A stretch of DNA of 64,000 bases from Trueperaceae bacterium (GTDB lineage Bacteria > Deinococcota > Deinococci > Deinococcales > Trueperaceae): positions 1,632,001-1,696,000 of the forward strand of contig JAXHLW010000013.1 in assembly GCA_034521815.1 (NCBI GenBank). The letters are read 5' to 3'. The translations under genes and the position numbers were made by a program. The notes under the pieces are model-generated. The model was not told the DNA's origin. It saw nothing but the letters and a program-made list of their open reading frames with translations, and did not search any database. This document shows, in pieces, positions 9,674 through 23,100 of the stretch (the first letter of the stretch is position 1; the number at the start of each line of letters is the position of its first letter).

Positions 9674-9955
9674 GTCGTACCTCTCTCCCCGGCCGTCGCC
9701 GGCCCTTCGAGCGTTCCTTGCGTGCCTCCAGCATGGCACGCTCGGCGTGGTCTTCGGTGCACGGCCGCCGACGGACCGTGTGGGATATCGACCGACAAGC
9801 GGCCGAACGAGGCGTGGTGTCCTTAGGTCGGCCCCGGGCGCGGATCACTCCGCGACGATGGGCCGTCGGTCCCCGTGGCGTCCCCCGGCAGCCCGCAGCC
9901 ACGGGGGCCGTCGTTTGTCGACGCACCGCGTGGACGGTGCGTGACCACGATTCGA

Positions 9956-10357
9956 TCAGCGTTCTCGCGGAGCGTCCTGAGGGGACGACGTGCGCAGCGT
10001 CGCGGTCAGGCGCGACGCCAGTCGCAACGGCGCGCCGGCATCGCGGGGCGCCTCGCCTCCAGGCCGCGTCCCGGACAGGGCACGGACCCCGAAAGGAAGA
10101 GGCCCGCCGTCCACGGTGAACCCGTACACCTGCAGCGTGTCGCGGGTCAGGCCGAAGCTTTCGATCAGCTCCATCAGCTCGTCCGTGCCGGATCGGTCCA
10201 CCGCCAGCACCAGCGCCGAGGGTCGGCCCAGCCGCGCGACACGCCCCGCCGCACGCACGTACGCCTCGATGCCGATTCCGCGCAGCGCCCGCGCCAGACG
10301 AAGGGCGGGGGCTCGGGCAGGACCGCCGGGATCTCCGTACACCACAAAGACGGTCAT
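9956..10357 (-). CDS. Hypothetical protein
   Basis: GAGGT RBS before ATG (MTVFVVYGD); plausible codon usage; same strand as USP genes. Confidence 0.45.
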   Translation of the reverse strand: MTVFVVYGDPGGPARAPALRLARALRGIGIEAYVRAAGRVARLGRPSALVLAVDRSGTDELMELIESFGLTRDTLQVYGFTVDGGPLPFGVRALSGTRPGGEAPRDAGAPLRLASRLTATLRTSSPQDAPRER

Positions 10358-10636
10358 GGCGACCTCTCTCCCCGGACGCCCCCCTCTCGCGAACCCGTTC
10401 GGCGACCGTTGACGCGACGGTAGCCGTCGAACGTGGTGCCAGCGGACGGCCCCCTCCCGACGGCGCGCGTCGGAGATCGGCCGACGGCTCGCGCCGGAGC
10501 GCGCGGCTGACGGCACCCAGGGGGCCCGGAACCCCCGTGCTACCTTGGCGCTACCGAAGCACGACGCGCGGCCGAGACGCCGCACGCTGCGGCCCGCCCC
10601 CAGGCGCCGGGACGGTCGCGATCAGGAGGTAGCGCG

Positions 10637-11482
10637 ATGAGGATCCTTCACCCCACCGACTTCTCGAAGACGGCCGAGAAGGCCCGAAGGCTGGCGCTCG
10701 CGCTGCTGCGGCTCACCGACGGCGACCTCCACATCGTGCACGTGCAGCAGCGATTCGAAGCGGACACGCAGAAGTTCCTTCGCCCCGGCATCGATACGCT
10801 CAACCCGGAGCTGGTCAGGCGCGTCGACGAGGAACGGACGGCCGAGGTCCGGCGCATCCAGGAACGGCTGCGCTACCTCTCCAGCGATGGCGGCGACTGG
10901 GAGCTGCGCTGGGGCCACCCGGTCCGCGAGCTTCTCGACGCCGAGGAAGGGTTCGACATCGTGGTCATGGGTGCGCACGGCGCCAACCGGCTGGACGCGT
11001 TCTTCCTGGGCGGCACCGCCGGGCGGCTGGTGCGCCGGAGTCGCGTTCCCGTCCTCACCGTCCGCGACGAGGCCAAGGAGCCCCAGATGCGCCGGATCCT
11101 GCTGGCGACCGACTTCGGCGACGCCAGCCGACACGCCTGGGAGACGGTCGAGCCGTGGACCCGCTACGGCATCGAGACGGTCCTGGCGCACGTCGTGGAC
11201 GACCCCCGCTACCGGAAGGACGCCGCCTACGCGAAACGCGCCGAAGAGGCGATGCGCGAGATGAGTCACGGCCACGCGGTGCAGCACGTGCTGCGCGAAG
11301 GAAACCCGATCGAGGTCCTGCCCGCGCTGGCCGAGGAGGTCGAGGCCGACGTGATCGCCGTCGGCGTCCGCCGGCACGCCGGTGCCGTCGGCCTGCTGCT
11401 GGGGAGCCGCGCGGACGCGCTGCTCAGGTCCAGCAAGGTTCCGATCCTCAGCGTTCCCTACCGTGGGGCCGCCAAGAGCTGA
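10637..11482 (+). CDS. Tandem-domain universal stress protein
   Basis: MRILHPTDFS...VVMGAHG..LGGTA; RRILLATDF...LLGSRADALLR; AGGAGG RBS. Confidence 0.92.
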   Translation: MRILHPTDFSKTAEKARRLALALLRLTDGDLHIVHVQQRFEADTQKFLRPGIDTLNPELVRRVDEERTAEVRRIQERLRYLSSDGGDWELRWGHPVRELLDAEEGFDIVVMGAHGANRLDAFFLGGTAGRLVRRSRVPVLTVRDEAKEPQMRRILLATDFGDASRHAWETVEPWTRYGIETVLAHVVDDPRYRKDAAYAKRAEEAMREMSHGHAVQHVLREGNPIEVLPALAEEVEADVIAVGVRRHAGAVGLLLGSRADALLRSSKVPILSVPYRGAAKS

Positions 11483-11502
11483 GCGCCCTCGACGGCCCGC
11501 GC

Positions 11503-13155
11503 TCAGCCGCCCGAGCCGTCGGCATCGAACGCGGCTTGCACCAGCGCGCGGGCCTCGTCCATCAGCCGGTCCAGGTGGTCGTCGCCCAAGAAGCTCTCGG
11601 CGTAGATCTTGTAGATGTCTTCCGTGCCCGACGGCCGGGCGGCGAACCAGCCGTTCCGCGTCGAGACCTTCAGCCCACCGATCGGGGCTCCGCCCGACGG
11701 GGCGTGGGTGAGGGTCGACTCGATCGGCTCCCCCGCGAGCTCGCGCGCGGTGACGGCGGACGCGTCGAGGTTCGCGAGCACGCGCTTCTGCGCGTCGTCG
11801 GCGGGAGCGTCCGCTCGCCGGTAGACCGGCGCGCCGTGGCGCTCCGCCAGAACGTCGTAGCGCCGGGCCGGGTTCTCGCCGGACACGGCCGTGATCTCGG
11901 CCGCCAGCAAGGCGAGGATGATCCCGTCCTTGTCGGTGGTCCACACCGTGCCGTCGCGCCGGACGAAGGAGGCGCCGGCGGACTCCTCGCCGCCGAAGCC
12001 GGTGCTGCCGTCCAGCAGCCCGTCGACGAACCACTTGAACCCGACCGGCACCTCGCGCAGCGGGCGGCCCAGGTCGTCCGCGATCCGGTCCAGGATCGAC
12101 GACGTCACCACCGTCTTGCCGATCGCGGCGTCCGGTCGCCAGCCGTCGCGGGACCGGAACAGGTAGTCGACCGCGGCGGCCAGGAAGTGATTCGGGTTCA
12201 TCAGCCCGCCACCCGCCACGATGCCGTGCCGGTCGACGTCGGGATCGTTGCCGAAGGCGACGTCGAAGCGGTCCGCCAGCTCGATCAGGCCCGCCATCGC
12301 GTAGGGCGACGAGCAGTCCATGCGCACCTTGCCGTCGCGGTCCAGCCGCATGAACGCGAAGGTCGGATCGACGCGATCGTTGACGACCTCGAGATCGAGC
12401 CCCCAGCGCTCCGCGATCCGGGGCCACATCGACGTCGCCGCGCCGCCCATCGGGTCCACGCCCAGCTTCAGCCCCGAGCCCGCGATCGCCTCCATGTCCA
12501 GAACCGCCCCGAGGTCGTCGATGTACGGTCCCGCCAGGTCCAGACGCTGCGTGGCGCTTGCCCGCAACGCCCGTGCGAACGGAACCCGCTCGATCGCCTC
12601 GACCCCCGACGCGAGCAGCTCGTTCGCGCGGGCCTCGATCCGCTTGGTGAGCTCGGTGCCGGCCGGCCCGCCGTGCGGCGGGTTGTACTTCAGCCCGCCG
12701 TCGCGTGGCGGGTTGTGCGACGGCGTGATCACCACGCCGTCCGCCCGCGGCGAGCCCGCCGCGGCGTTGCGCGTCAGGATCGCGTGCGACACGACGGGCG
12801 TGGGGACGTAGCCCAGATCGGCGTCCAGCACGACCGACACCCCGGCGGCGGCGAACACCTCCAGCGCGGTGCGAAGCGCGGGCTCGGAGAGCGCGTGGGT
12901 GTCCGCGCCCAGCACCAGGGGACCGTCCGTTCCCTGCTCGCTGCGCACGTCGGCGACGGCGCGAGCGATCGCAGCCACGTGGGCGTCGTTGAACGACCGA
13001 TCCAGCGAGCTGCCGCGGTGGCCCGACGTGCCGAACGCCACCCGTTGCCCGGGGTCGTCCGGATCGGGTGCGTCGGTGTAGTACGCGGCGACGAGGCGGG
13101 GGACGTTCACGAGACGATCGTGCGGGACGGGCCGCCCGGCGAGGGGGTCGGACAT
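11503..13155 (-). CDS. pgm: Phosphoglucomutase (alpha-D-glucose-1,6-bisphosphate dependent)
   Basis: [48 protein letters not shown]. Confidence 0.95.
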   Translation of the reverse strand: MSDPLAGRPVPHDRLVNVPRLVAAYYTDAPDPDDPGQRVAFGTSGHRGSSLDRSFNDAHVAAIARAVADVRSEQGTDGPLVLGADTHALSEPALRTALEVFAAAGVSVVLDADLGYVPTPVVSHAILTRNAAAGSPRADGVVITPSHNPPRDGGLKYNPPHGGPAGTELTKRIEARANELLASGVEAIERVPFARALRASATQRLDLAGPYIDDLGAVLDMEAIAGSGLKLGVDPMGGAATSMWPRIAERWGLDLEVVNDRVDPTFAFMRLDRDGKVRMDCSSPYAMAGLIELADRFDVAFGNDPDVDRHGIVAGGGLMNPNHFLAAAVDYLFRSRDGWRPDAAIGKTVVTSSILDRIADDLGRPLREVPVGFKWFVDGLLDGSTGFGGEESAGASFVRRDGTVWTTDKDGIILALLAAEITAVSGENPARRYDVLAERHGAPVYRRADAPADDAQKRVLANLDASAVTARELAGEPIESTLTHAPSGGAPIGGLKVSTRNGWFAARPSGTEDIYKIYAESFLGDDHLDRLMDEARALVQAAFDADGSGG

Positions 13156-13385
13156 GGGTACCTCCTGCCCGGAGCGTAGCAGGCGCTCGTGTCGCCGAGA
13201 CGCGCCCGGCTCCCGGGCGTCCGTGCTATTCTCGCGCGGTCCCGGAGTGGGCTCGCCGCGATTCCGTCGCCGTCCCGAACAGGCTCCGATCACCCGATAC
13301 GGTCCCCCGCGCGCTGGCTCCGACGCCCGTCCCTTTGGGCGGTGCCCCTCCTTGCCGCCCGCGGTCGACGAAAGCGAGGCCAGAC

Positions 13386-14804
<1,419 letters not shown>

Positions 14805-14813
<9 letters not shown>

Positions 14814-14841
14814 GTCGGCTGGAATGAGTCGGCTGGAATGA
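14805..14841. repeat. 14-bp tandem repeat CTGGAATGAGTCGG x2.6 at sigma stop / next start
   Basis: Direct reading of the sequence. Confidence 0.9.
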
Positions 14842-15710
14842 AACGGTCCGGACGGCCACGCCTGCCTTGGTGGGCGTGGCCGTCCGTGCTCGCCCTGGAC
14901 GCCCCCGCCGTCGCGATCGCCTGGAGCTGGGCCCTCGCCGACGCTGCGGGGGCGTCGTTCACGGGGGTCGAGGCGGCGGTGGTCGGTCTGGCGACCGCCT
15001 CGGTCTACCTGCTGGACCGTCGCCTGGACGTCGCGACGATTCTGCGCATGCCGTCGGCGCCGCTGCGGCACGTCTGGGTCGCGGCCCACCGTCGCGCGGT
15101 CACGGCCGTGGCGGCCGCGACGGCGATCGCGACGGCGCTCCTGGCCCTCCTCCTCCCCTGGCGCGAGATCGCCTGGGGCGTGATGGTCGCGGCGGCGGCC
15201 CTGCTCCTCCTGCTGGGCCCGAAGCTCCAGGCGCGGCACGGGGCGCGAGACGGGTCGCGGGTCGAGGCGCGCGGTGGGCGCCGGCGTCGCTCGCGCCTTC
15301 GACCGCTGGCGGTGGGCGTCGTGTTCGCCGCCGGCGTCGCGCTTCCCGCCGTCGACGGCGTGCTGGCGACGGTGGTCCCGTCGGCCGTCCTGCTGGCGGC
15401 GCTGGTGGCGCTGAACGTGACCCTCATCGCCGCCTGGGAGTCCGGACTGGACGACGGCCGCGGAGAGGTCGGTCCTGCACGGTCGGACGGGGGCCGGGCC
15501 CGCGCAGCGCGCGTCGCCACGGCGTGCGCTCTGGCGCTGGCCGCGTGGGCCGCGCGTCCATGGCTGGCGGAGCTGGGGTCGGCGCTGGCGCTGGGGGCTC
15601 TCGTGCTGGCGCTGCTGGAGCTGCTGGGACGTCGCTGGCCGTCCGAGCTCCGGCATCTCGCCGCGGACGCGGCCTTGCTCGTGGCGCTTCTCCCCGTGGT
15701 GGGCGCCTGA
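14838..15710 (+). CDS. Polytopic membrane protein, possibly UbiA-prenyltransferase-like
   Basis: About 8 hydrophobic segments; YLLDRRLD resembles the UbiA Asp-rich motif. Confidence 0.5.
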   Translation: MKRSGRPRLPWWAWPSVLALDAPAVAIAWSWALADAAGASFTGVEAAVVGLATASVYLLDRRLDVATILRMPSAPLRHVWVAAHRRAVTAVAAATAIATALLALLLPWREIAWGVMVAAAALLLLLGPKLQARHGARDGSRVEARGGRRRRSRLRPLAVGVVFAAGVALPAVDGVLATVVPSAVLLAALVALNVTLIAAWESGLDDGRGEVGPARSDGGRARAARVATACALALAAWAARPWLAELGSALALGALVLALLELLGRRWPSELRHLAADAALLVALLPVVGA

Positions 15711-15768
15711 CGGCGCGGCGTCCCGGGTCGAGCTGCGACCGGCCGGCCACGAACCCGATCGATACGCT

Positions 15769-15792
15769 TTCAGAATAGTTCATGTTTCTGAA
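15769..15792. promoter_or_regulatory. Putative MarR operator TTCAGAA-N10-TTCTGAA
   Basis: AT-rich inverted repeat 15 nt upstream of the MarR ORF start. Confidence 0.55.
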
Positions 15793-15807
15793 CGACTGTA
15801 GTCCACC

Positions 15808-16365
15808 ATGCCGACCCCTCGCTCGAGCCCGAGGATGATGACGGGCGTGATTCGTGCCGACCCCTCCGATCCGAGCGAGCGTCCAGGTTCCGGCGACGCC
15901 AGCCCCGACGCCGGCCCCGACCACGGCCCCGACCACGGCTCCGACCCCCGTGACGACCTGCTCCACGAGCTCAGCGCGCTGACGCTGCCGATGATGTGGG
16001 CGCTGCGCCAGGCGGCGGTCCGCGCGCTCGAGCCCCTCGGCATCCGGCCGATCAAAGGCCTGGTGCTGGGCCTCGTCGTGGGCGGAACCTCCTCGCCCAA
16101 GGAGCTCACCGAGCTGCTGGACACCGCTCCGCCGATGATGTCCAGCCTGCTGGCCGACCTCGAGGAGCGCGGTCTGATCGTCCGCGAGCTCGACCCCAGC
16201 GACCGTCGTCGCGTGCGTATCCGACCCACCGCCGAAGGCGTCGCGATGACCGAGCGCATCACCGACTTCTGGGTCGAGGCCGGCCGCGAAAGCCTGCACG
16301 AGCTGTCCGACGACGACCTCCGACACCTCATCACGGTGTACCGGACGATCGTGGGGACGCCGTGA
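15808..16365 (+). CDS. MarR family transcriptional regulator
   Basis: LADLEERGLIVRELDPSDRRRVRIRPTAEG; start uncertain. Confidence 0.88.
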   Translation: MPTPRSSPRMMTGVIRADPSDPSERPGSGDASPDAGPDHGPDHGSDPRDDLLHELSALTLPMMWALRQAAVRALEPLGIRPIKGLVLGLVVGGTSSPKELTELLDTAPPMMSSLLADLEERGLIVRELDPSDRRRVRIRPTAEGVAMTERITDFWVEAGRESLHELSDDDLRHLITVYRTIVGTP

Positions 16366-17811
16366 TCCGCGCCGTGGAACGCCGTCGCATCGCCCGGTCG
16401 CTGGCCACCTTGCTTCTGCTGGCGGGAACGGCCTGGGTGGGAACGGCCTGGGCGCAGACGGACGGCGCAGCCGACCCGCCTTCGACCGACCTCGGCCCAG
16501 GCGTCCTGGCCCCGACGGTGGCCCAGCTGCTCGCCGGCATCGACGATCATCCCGCCCTGAGAGCCGCCCGCAGGTCGGTCGACGCCGCCCGGGCGGAGCT
16601 CGCGGCTGTCCGGTTCCCCGTCGCGCTCGAAGGCGAGGTGTCCGCGCAACGTCCGTACGCGTCGGCGACCGCAGTCCCGGGCGTGCCTCAGGACCAGGTC
16701 GACGAGCTGGTGGCCGACGTGGACTGGGTGACCAGCGCGTCGGTCCGCGCCAGGCTGCGACCGTTCCTGGTCGGCGACCTCGCCGATCTCGGTGCCCAGC
16801 GACGCATCGCCGTCGCCCGCGCGGAACGGCGCCTACGCGACACCCGGGCCGAGCTCGAAGCCGCCACGCTCCAGTCCGCAGCCGGCCTGCAGGTCGCCGA
16901 GCAGGGTGTCCGCTTGGCCGAAGCCGGCCTGTCGTTGGCGCGCGAGGCCGCCGACGCGACGGAGGTTCGTATCCGACGCGGTGCGGCCCGCGAACGCGAG
17001 GCGGAGCGCGCGGCGCTCGAGGTCGCCCGCGCGGAGGAGCGGCTCCGCGCCGCGCAGGTCGCCCGCGACCAGGCCGCAGACCGCCTGGCCGATCTGGTGG
17101 GTTCGGACCGTGTCGGAATCGAGATTTCCCTGACCGACCTTCCCGACCTGCCGGTCGCCCAGGCCGAGGACCCCGCGGTCCTCGCCGCCGCGGACGATGC
17201 CACGTTGGCCGCGGTCGCCGTCGCCTCGGCCAGCCGGGGCCTCCTCCCCACCGCCAGCGCCAGCTACGCCTGGAGCACCGACGACGGCGCGCTGAGCCTC
17301 TCGCTCGAGTCGCGGACGTTCCAGCCCACGATCGCGTACGACACGCCAGAACCGTTGGCCGAGCGCGGCCCGCTCGATCGACATCCCGCGCGACGTGGCG
17401 CAGGACGTCCGCGTCGACGCCAGCCTGACGCTCGCGCTGTCGTTCGAGCTGGGGGCGGAGGGCGTGACCGCGGTCGACGCCGCCCGGGCACGCCTGGACG
17501 CCGCCGAGGCGGCCTTGCAGCTGGCACGGACCGACGCCGACCGCGCCGCTGCGGACCGGAGCGAAGCGGTCCGTGCCGCCCGCGCCGACCTGGCGTTCGC
17601 CGGGGCCGACCTGGAGCTGGCCCGGCAGGACGCGGACGACGTCCGTCGCCGCGTCGAGCTCGGCCTGGCCACCCCTCTCGACGCCCTCCGCGCCGACCTG
17701 AGCACGCTCCAGGCCGATCTCGCGGCGCTTCAAGCCCGTCTCGATCTACTCGCAGCCCAGGTCCGCGGCTACCGCGACCTCGCCGTTCCCCTCTCGGAGG
17801 TCCTGCCGTGA
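16362..17811 (+). CDS. TolC-family outer membrane efflux protein, one frameshift near 17370
   Basis: Signal peptide ending AWAQ, HPALRAAR, coiled coils; continues in the 17395-17811 frame (ELGLATPLD). Confidence 0.75.
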
Positions 17812-18878
17812 TCCGCACCATCGCCCTGCGCCCGCTCGTCGCTCCCCTCGCCGCTCCCCTCGTCGCTCCCTTCGCCGTCCTGCTGGCCCTGTTCGCGTCG
17901 CTCCCCGCGACCGCCGCGACCTTGCCGGAAGCGCTCCAGGCAGCCGACCAGCGGACCGGGGTCGTGACCGCCGGCCTGGATCTCGGCGACGCCGAGCGCT
18001 CGCTCGAGCGCACCGTGGCCGACCCGTCCGCGCTGCGGCTCGAGCGCCTCCAGGCCCGCCAGGGAGTCGAGCTGGCCACGGCCCAGCTCCGAGCCGCCCG
18101 GTTCGAGGCCTACACCGACATCGCGTCCGCCTACGTCCAGGTGCTCGAGGCCGAAGCCGGCCGCGCCCTGGCCGAGGACGCCGCGGCCCTTGCCCAACGA
18201 GGACTCGACATCGCCCGCATTCGCCTGGAGCGCGGGGCCGGCACCGAGCTGGACGTCCGCGACGCCGAGACCGACCTGGCCAGCGCACGCAGCGACCTGG
18301 CCTCGGCCCGCCAAGGCGAGGCGCTGGCACGGCGCTCCTTCACCAGCCTGACCGGCTTGGGCGCCGACGATCTTGCGCCCGTGCCAGGCGAGCTCCTGGC
18401 CACCGAGCTGCCGAACGAGAACGCTCTGTACGGTCGGCTCGACCAGGCGCCCACGCTGCTGCAGGCCGCGCACGGCGTCGCGCTGGCCCGAACGGCACGC
18501 GAGCTGCTCGATCCGGCCTACGCCCCGGCCCGCGACATCGAAGCGGCCGAGCTGAGCGTGACGCAGGCGCGTGAAGGCCTGGGCGAGGCCCGCCGCGGCC
18601 TCGAGCTCCAGCTGCGCAGCCTGATCGACCGCGTCGCCGCGGCACGAGACGGGCTGGCGGTCGCCCGCGACGCGCTGGACAACGCGCGCGACCGCGACGA
18701 CGTCGACCGGTCACGGCTCGAAGCCGGCCTGATCGCCGAGATCACCTACGACCAGACGCGCCTGGCGACCGCCCAGGCCCGGCTGTCGGCGATGCAGGCC
18801 CGACACGAGCTGCTGCTCGCGCTCCTGCGGCTCCAATCCGACACCGGCGTTCCGTTGGAGGGTGTCGATGGGTTCTGA
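17808..18878 (+). CDS. Second TolC-family outer membrane efflux protein
   Basis: Signal peptide, RLERGAGTELDV and RLEAGLIAEI motifs; GTGA coupling. Confidence 0.8.
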   Translation: MIRTIALRPLVAPLAAPLVAPFAVLLALFASLPATAATLPEALQAADQRTGVVTAGLDLGDAERSLERTVADPSALRLERLQARQGVELATAQLRAARFEAYTDIASAYVQVLEAEAGRALAEDAAALAQRGLDIARIRLERGAGTELDVRDAETDLASARSDLASARQGEALARRSFTSLTGLGADDLAPVPGELLATELPNENALYGRLDQAPTLLQAAHGVALARTARELLDPAYAPARDIEAAELSVTQAREGLGEARRGLELQLRSLIDRVAAARDGLAVARDALDNARDRDDVDRSRLEAGLIAEITYDQTRLATAQARLSAMQARHELLLALLRLQSDTGVPLEGVDGF

Positions 18879-20178
18879 CGACCGCCCGCGACACCGTCGA
18901 TTCGCGCCCGCCGTGGTCGCTTGCGTGGTCGTGGTCGTCGCTCTGGCGTTCCTCGCCGGCTGCGGCGGCCAACAGGAGACGGCCGCCGCCCCGGGAACCA
19001 GCGCCGCGGGATCCAGCGCGGCGGCGCCCAGTGCTGCGGCGCCCGCCGCCACACCGGCGGACGACGCTCGGCTGGTCCGTACCGTGACGCCCGAGGTCGG
19101 GACGCTGCGAGCGAACCGCTCGGCCAGCGCGCGGATTCGCGCCTTGCGCGAGGCCAGCGTGGCCAGCGGCGCCTCGGCCCGCGTCACCGAGATCCTCGCC
19201 CGCCCGGGCGACGAGGTCGCCGAAGGCCAGCTGGTGATCCGGCTGGACGACGACGCGGCCGCCTTGCGGGCCGATAGCGCGCGCCTGGCGGTGCGCCAGG
19301 CCGAGATCGACCTGGAGCGCGCCCGCCGGGCCAGCGAGGAGGGCGCCTCGCAAGCGCGGGACTCGCTCAGCGCGGCCCAGTCCAACGTCCGGACCGTGCG
19401 CGACCGTGTCGCGGAGGTCCGCGCCCTCGTCGCGGCCGGCGGCGCGGCGCGCGCCGATCTGAACGCGCTCGAGACCCAGCTGGAGCAGGCCCAGGCCTCG
19501 CTGGGGCAGGCCCAGGACGCCGTCGCCCGGGCCGAGCGCAGTGAAGGCGAGGATCTCGCGCTGCTCGAGCTCCAGCTGCAGCAATCCCGCGTCCAAGCCA
19601 GGCAGGCGCAGGACGCGCTGAGCGAGACCGAGATCCGCGCGCCGTTCGCGGGTCAGGTGGTCGAGCTGTTCCTCGAGACCGGCGAGTTCGCCGGGGCCGG
19701 CCAGCCCGCGTTCCGGATGCACAGCCTGGTCGGTCGCGAAGCCGTGTTCGACGTGCCCCCTGAAGACGCCGCGCGCCTGCTGGAGCAGGGCGAGGTGTCG
19801 CTCCGCTACGCCGGGCGCGACGTGCTCGGAACCCTCGTGGCCTCCGCCAGGCCCTCGCAGCAGGCTCGCCTCGTCCAGCTCACCGCCCGCATCGATGGCG
19901 AGGACAGTCGCATCATCCCCACCGGCGCGCTGGCCGAAGTCCGCTACGACATCGCCTTGGCCGACGGCGCGCTGATTCCCTCCGGCGCCATCGCCAGCGA
20001 GTCCGGCGCGACCTGGGTCTACCTGGTCCAGGACGGCGTCGCGACCCGCACGCCCGTCGACGTCCTGGCCGAAGCGGGCGCGATGGCGGCCGTCGCAGGC
20101 ATCGACGAGACCGCCGCCGTGATCCACCCGCGGCCCCTGGACGTCCGCATCGGAACGCGGGTCCGGACCGAGCCATGA
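18868..20178 (+). CDS. RND efflux periplasmic adaptor (MFP), lipoprotein
   Basis: Lipobox LAGC, RPGDEVAEGQLVIRLD, IRAPFAGQV. Confidence 0.9.
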   Translation: MGSDDRPRHRRFAPAVVACVVVVVALAFLAGCGGQQETAAAPGTSAAGSSAAAPSAAAPAATPADDARLVRTVTPEVGTLRANRSASARIRALREASVASGASARVTEILARPGDEVAEGQLVIRLDDDAAALRADSARLAVRQAEIDLERARRASEEGASQARDSLSAAQSNVRTVRDRVAEVRALVAAGGAARADLNALETQLEQAQASLGQAQDAVARAERSEGEDLALLELQLQQSRVQARQAQDALSETEIRAPFAGQVVELFLETGEFAGAGQPAFRMHSLVGREAVFDVPPEDAARLLEQGEVSLRYAGRDVLGTLVASARPSQQARLVQLTARIDGEDSRIIPTGALAEVRYDIALADGALIPSGAIASESGATWVYLVQDGVATRTPVDVLAEAGAMAAVAGIDETAAVIHPRPLDVRIGTRVRTEP

Positions 20179-23100
20179 ATCCGCTGATCCGCTTCTTCGT
20201 CCGTCGCTACGTCTTCGCGATCGCCATCTTCCTGGCCGTGGCGTTCTTCGGCCTCTCGGCCGGGACGCGGCTGGGCATCGAGCTCCTACCGGAGTTCGAC
20301 ATCCCGATCGTCGCGGTGAGCACCACCTACACCGGCGCCGGCTCGCAGGAGACCGCGGAACAGCTGAGCGAGCCGATCGAGGACGCCATCGCCACGGTGC
20401 CGGGCGTGACGGACGTCAGCAGCTTCAGCGGCGAAGGGTTCAGCTTCGTCATCGCCCAGTTCGCCTCCTCGGTCGACGTCGATCAGGCGGCGATCGACGT
20501 CAAGCAGCGCGTCGACGGCATCGTCGACAGCCTGCCGGACGACGCCTCGACGCCCGTCGTCCAGAAGTTCGATCCGTCCGACCAGCCGATCCTGTCGCTG
20601 GCGGTGCAAGGGACCGGCCTGACGCTCGACAGGATCGAAGCGCTCGCGGAGGAGACGATCGAGCCGGTGCTGCAGCAGGTCGACGGCGTCGCCGACGTCG
20701 CCGTCGTCGGACCGATCGCCCGCGAGATCCAGGTGCTCGTCGACCCCGCGGCGCTCCAGTCGTACGGCCTGAGCGCCGGCCAGATCGCGTCGGCGATCGG
20801 CGCCGGATCCGCGACGCTGCCCGCCGGCTCGCTGACGGTCGGGGGCGAGCGCATCCTGTTGTCGCTCCGCGACCGCCCCGAGAGCGCAGAAGACGTCGCC
20901 GAGATGGTGGTCGACCCGGTGCGCGGCCTGCTGGTCCGCGACGTGGCCCGGATCCAGGACACGATCGCGGAGCCCAGCGCCTTCACCCGCCTGAACAACG
21001 AGCCCGTGGTGCTGCTCGAGGTCCGCAAGGTCTCGGGCGCGAACGCCGTCTCGACCGCCCGCGCGCTCAAGTCCCGACTGCGCGGCCTGGAGCTTCCCGA
21101 GGGGGTCGCCGCCACCGTCGTCGGCGACACCTCGGTGTTCGTCGAGAGCTCCGTGATCGACACCGTGCGCGAGACCGGGCTGGCGATCCTGGCGGTCGCG
21201 CTGGTGGTGCTGCTGTTCGTCGGCCGGCTCGGATCGACGTTCAGCGTGGTGCTGGCGATCCCGATCACGCTCCTGGGCGCGGTGGCGATCTTCGGGCTGC
21301 TGGGGTTCACGTTCAACACGGTCACCCTGCTGGCCATCACCGTCGCGGTGGGCCTGGTGGTCGACGATTCGATCGTCATCGCCGAGAACGTCGAGCGCTG
21401 GAGACGCAACGGTGCCGGCGCCATGGACGCCGTGTTCAAGGGCGCGGGCGAGGTGTCCGTCGCGGTGCTCAGCGCGACGCTGTCGCTGCTGGCGGTGTTC
21501 ATTCCGATCGCGTTCCTGCCCGGCCTGATCGGCCAGTTCTTCAGCCAGTTCGGCCTGTCGCTGGCCGCCACGATCTTCGTCAGCTACTTGGAGGCGATGT
21601 TCTTCCTCACGGTTCGCCTGGCGTACCTGCCCGACCCGCTACCGCCCTCCTGGTCCAGCGTCCGCGCGTCGGCCACCCGGATCCGTGCCGACCTGCGGTG
21701 GACCGTGCTCCAGTACCGCCGCCGCTGGCTGGCGGTCGTCGGTGTCGTCCTCGCCGGCGCAGGCGCGCTCGACGGCGCCCGGGGCGGCGTCCTCGCCAGC
21801 ACGCTGGGGCTCGAGGCGGGCGCCCTCGCCGCGCTGGCGCTCGGAACGCTGGGCCTGGCGGTCGCGGCGGCGCTTCCGTGGGCGCTGCTCGTCGTCGGCG
21901 TCCCGACGCGGACCCTCGCGGCCGCGCTGGGCGCGGCGCTGCGCAACGCGCACGAGGCGACCGACGCCGGCGTCCGCTGGCTGCGCGAGCGCTACGCCGT
22001 GGCGCTGAAGGCGATCCTGACGCCGCGCGCCAGCACCATCGTGCTGGTGGTCGCGGTCGCCCTGGTCGCCAGCCTGGGGTGGGTCGTCCCCCGCATCCAG
22101 TTCAACTTCGTCTCCCAGGTCGACGCCGGCGCGGTCGCGGTGACCATCGAGATGCCGCCCGGCACGCCGCTGGAGCGGACCGACGTCGTCTCTTCCACGA
22201 TCGAGCGCGCCGTGGCCGACCACCCGGCGGTCGAGAACGTCGTCGCCTCGATCGGCAGCGGCGGCCTGCTGGGGACCGACAACGCCCAGCTGGCCACCAT
22301 CACGCTGGAGCTCGTCCCGCTGGGCCAGCGAGGCCGCTCGTCGTTCGAGGTGGCGGACGACCTCCGTCCCCGCGTCGCGGCGCTGTTGGCGGACGTCGCG
22401 CCCGAGGCGGACGCGACCGTCGGCAGCGACGACGGAGGCGCCGTGCCGGTCGAGACGGGGCTGGAGCTCAGCCTCCAGGCCAGCGACCTGGACCTGCTCC
22501 GCGAGCGCGACGAGGCGGCCCGCCGCGTGATGCGCGACAGCGCATCGCTGCGCAACGTCGCCTCGTCGCTCGAGGGCTCCGTGACCGAGCGGGTGTTCGA
22601 CCTCGACCGCACGGCGCTGGCGGGGACGGGCCTGACCGCGGCCGAGATCGGCGCGACGCTCCGCACCTACAACGTCGGCACGCGGGCCGGCGACCTCGAG
22701 GCCGGCGGCGAGAACGTCGGCATCGTGGTCCGGGCCGATCCGCGCTTCATCGCCGACGAGCAGACGCTCCTCAGCCTCCCGATCTACGCCCCCGCCCTGC
22801 AGACCTGGCTGCCCCTCTCCGAGCTGGGCCGCTTCCGGGTCCAGGCGGGACCGGTCGCCATCGACCGCGCCAACCAGGCGTACGTCAGCACCTTGACCGC
22901 CGACATCGTCGACGGCGCGCCCGGCCAGTTCCAAGTCAGGAACGATATCGAGGAGGCGTTCGCGGCGGCGGGCGTTACCGACGAGCGCGTCACGGTCGGT
23001 ACCGGCGTGGGACCCGACCTGCTGGGCGACCTGGTGTTCTACGGTCCGCTGGCGTTCCTGCTGGCGATCGCGCTGAACTACCTGGTGATCGCGAGCCAGT

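Noticed and set aside
17360-17400. Programmed frameshift in the first TolC
   Set aside because: No slippery sequence recognised; a single indel error is more likely.
15996-18878. 960-aa fused double-TolC ORF
   Set aside because: Produced by a frameshift near 17370; the second TolC has its own RBS, GTG and signal peptide.
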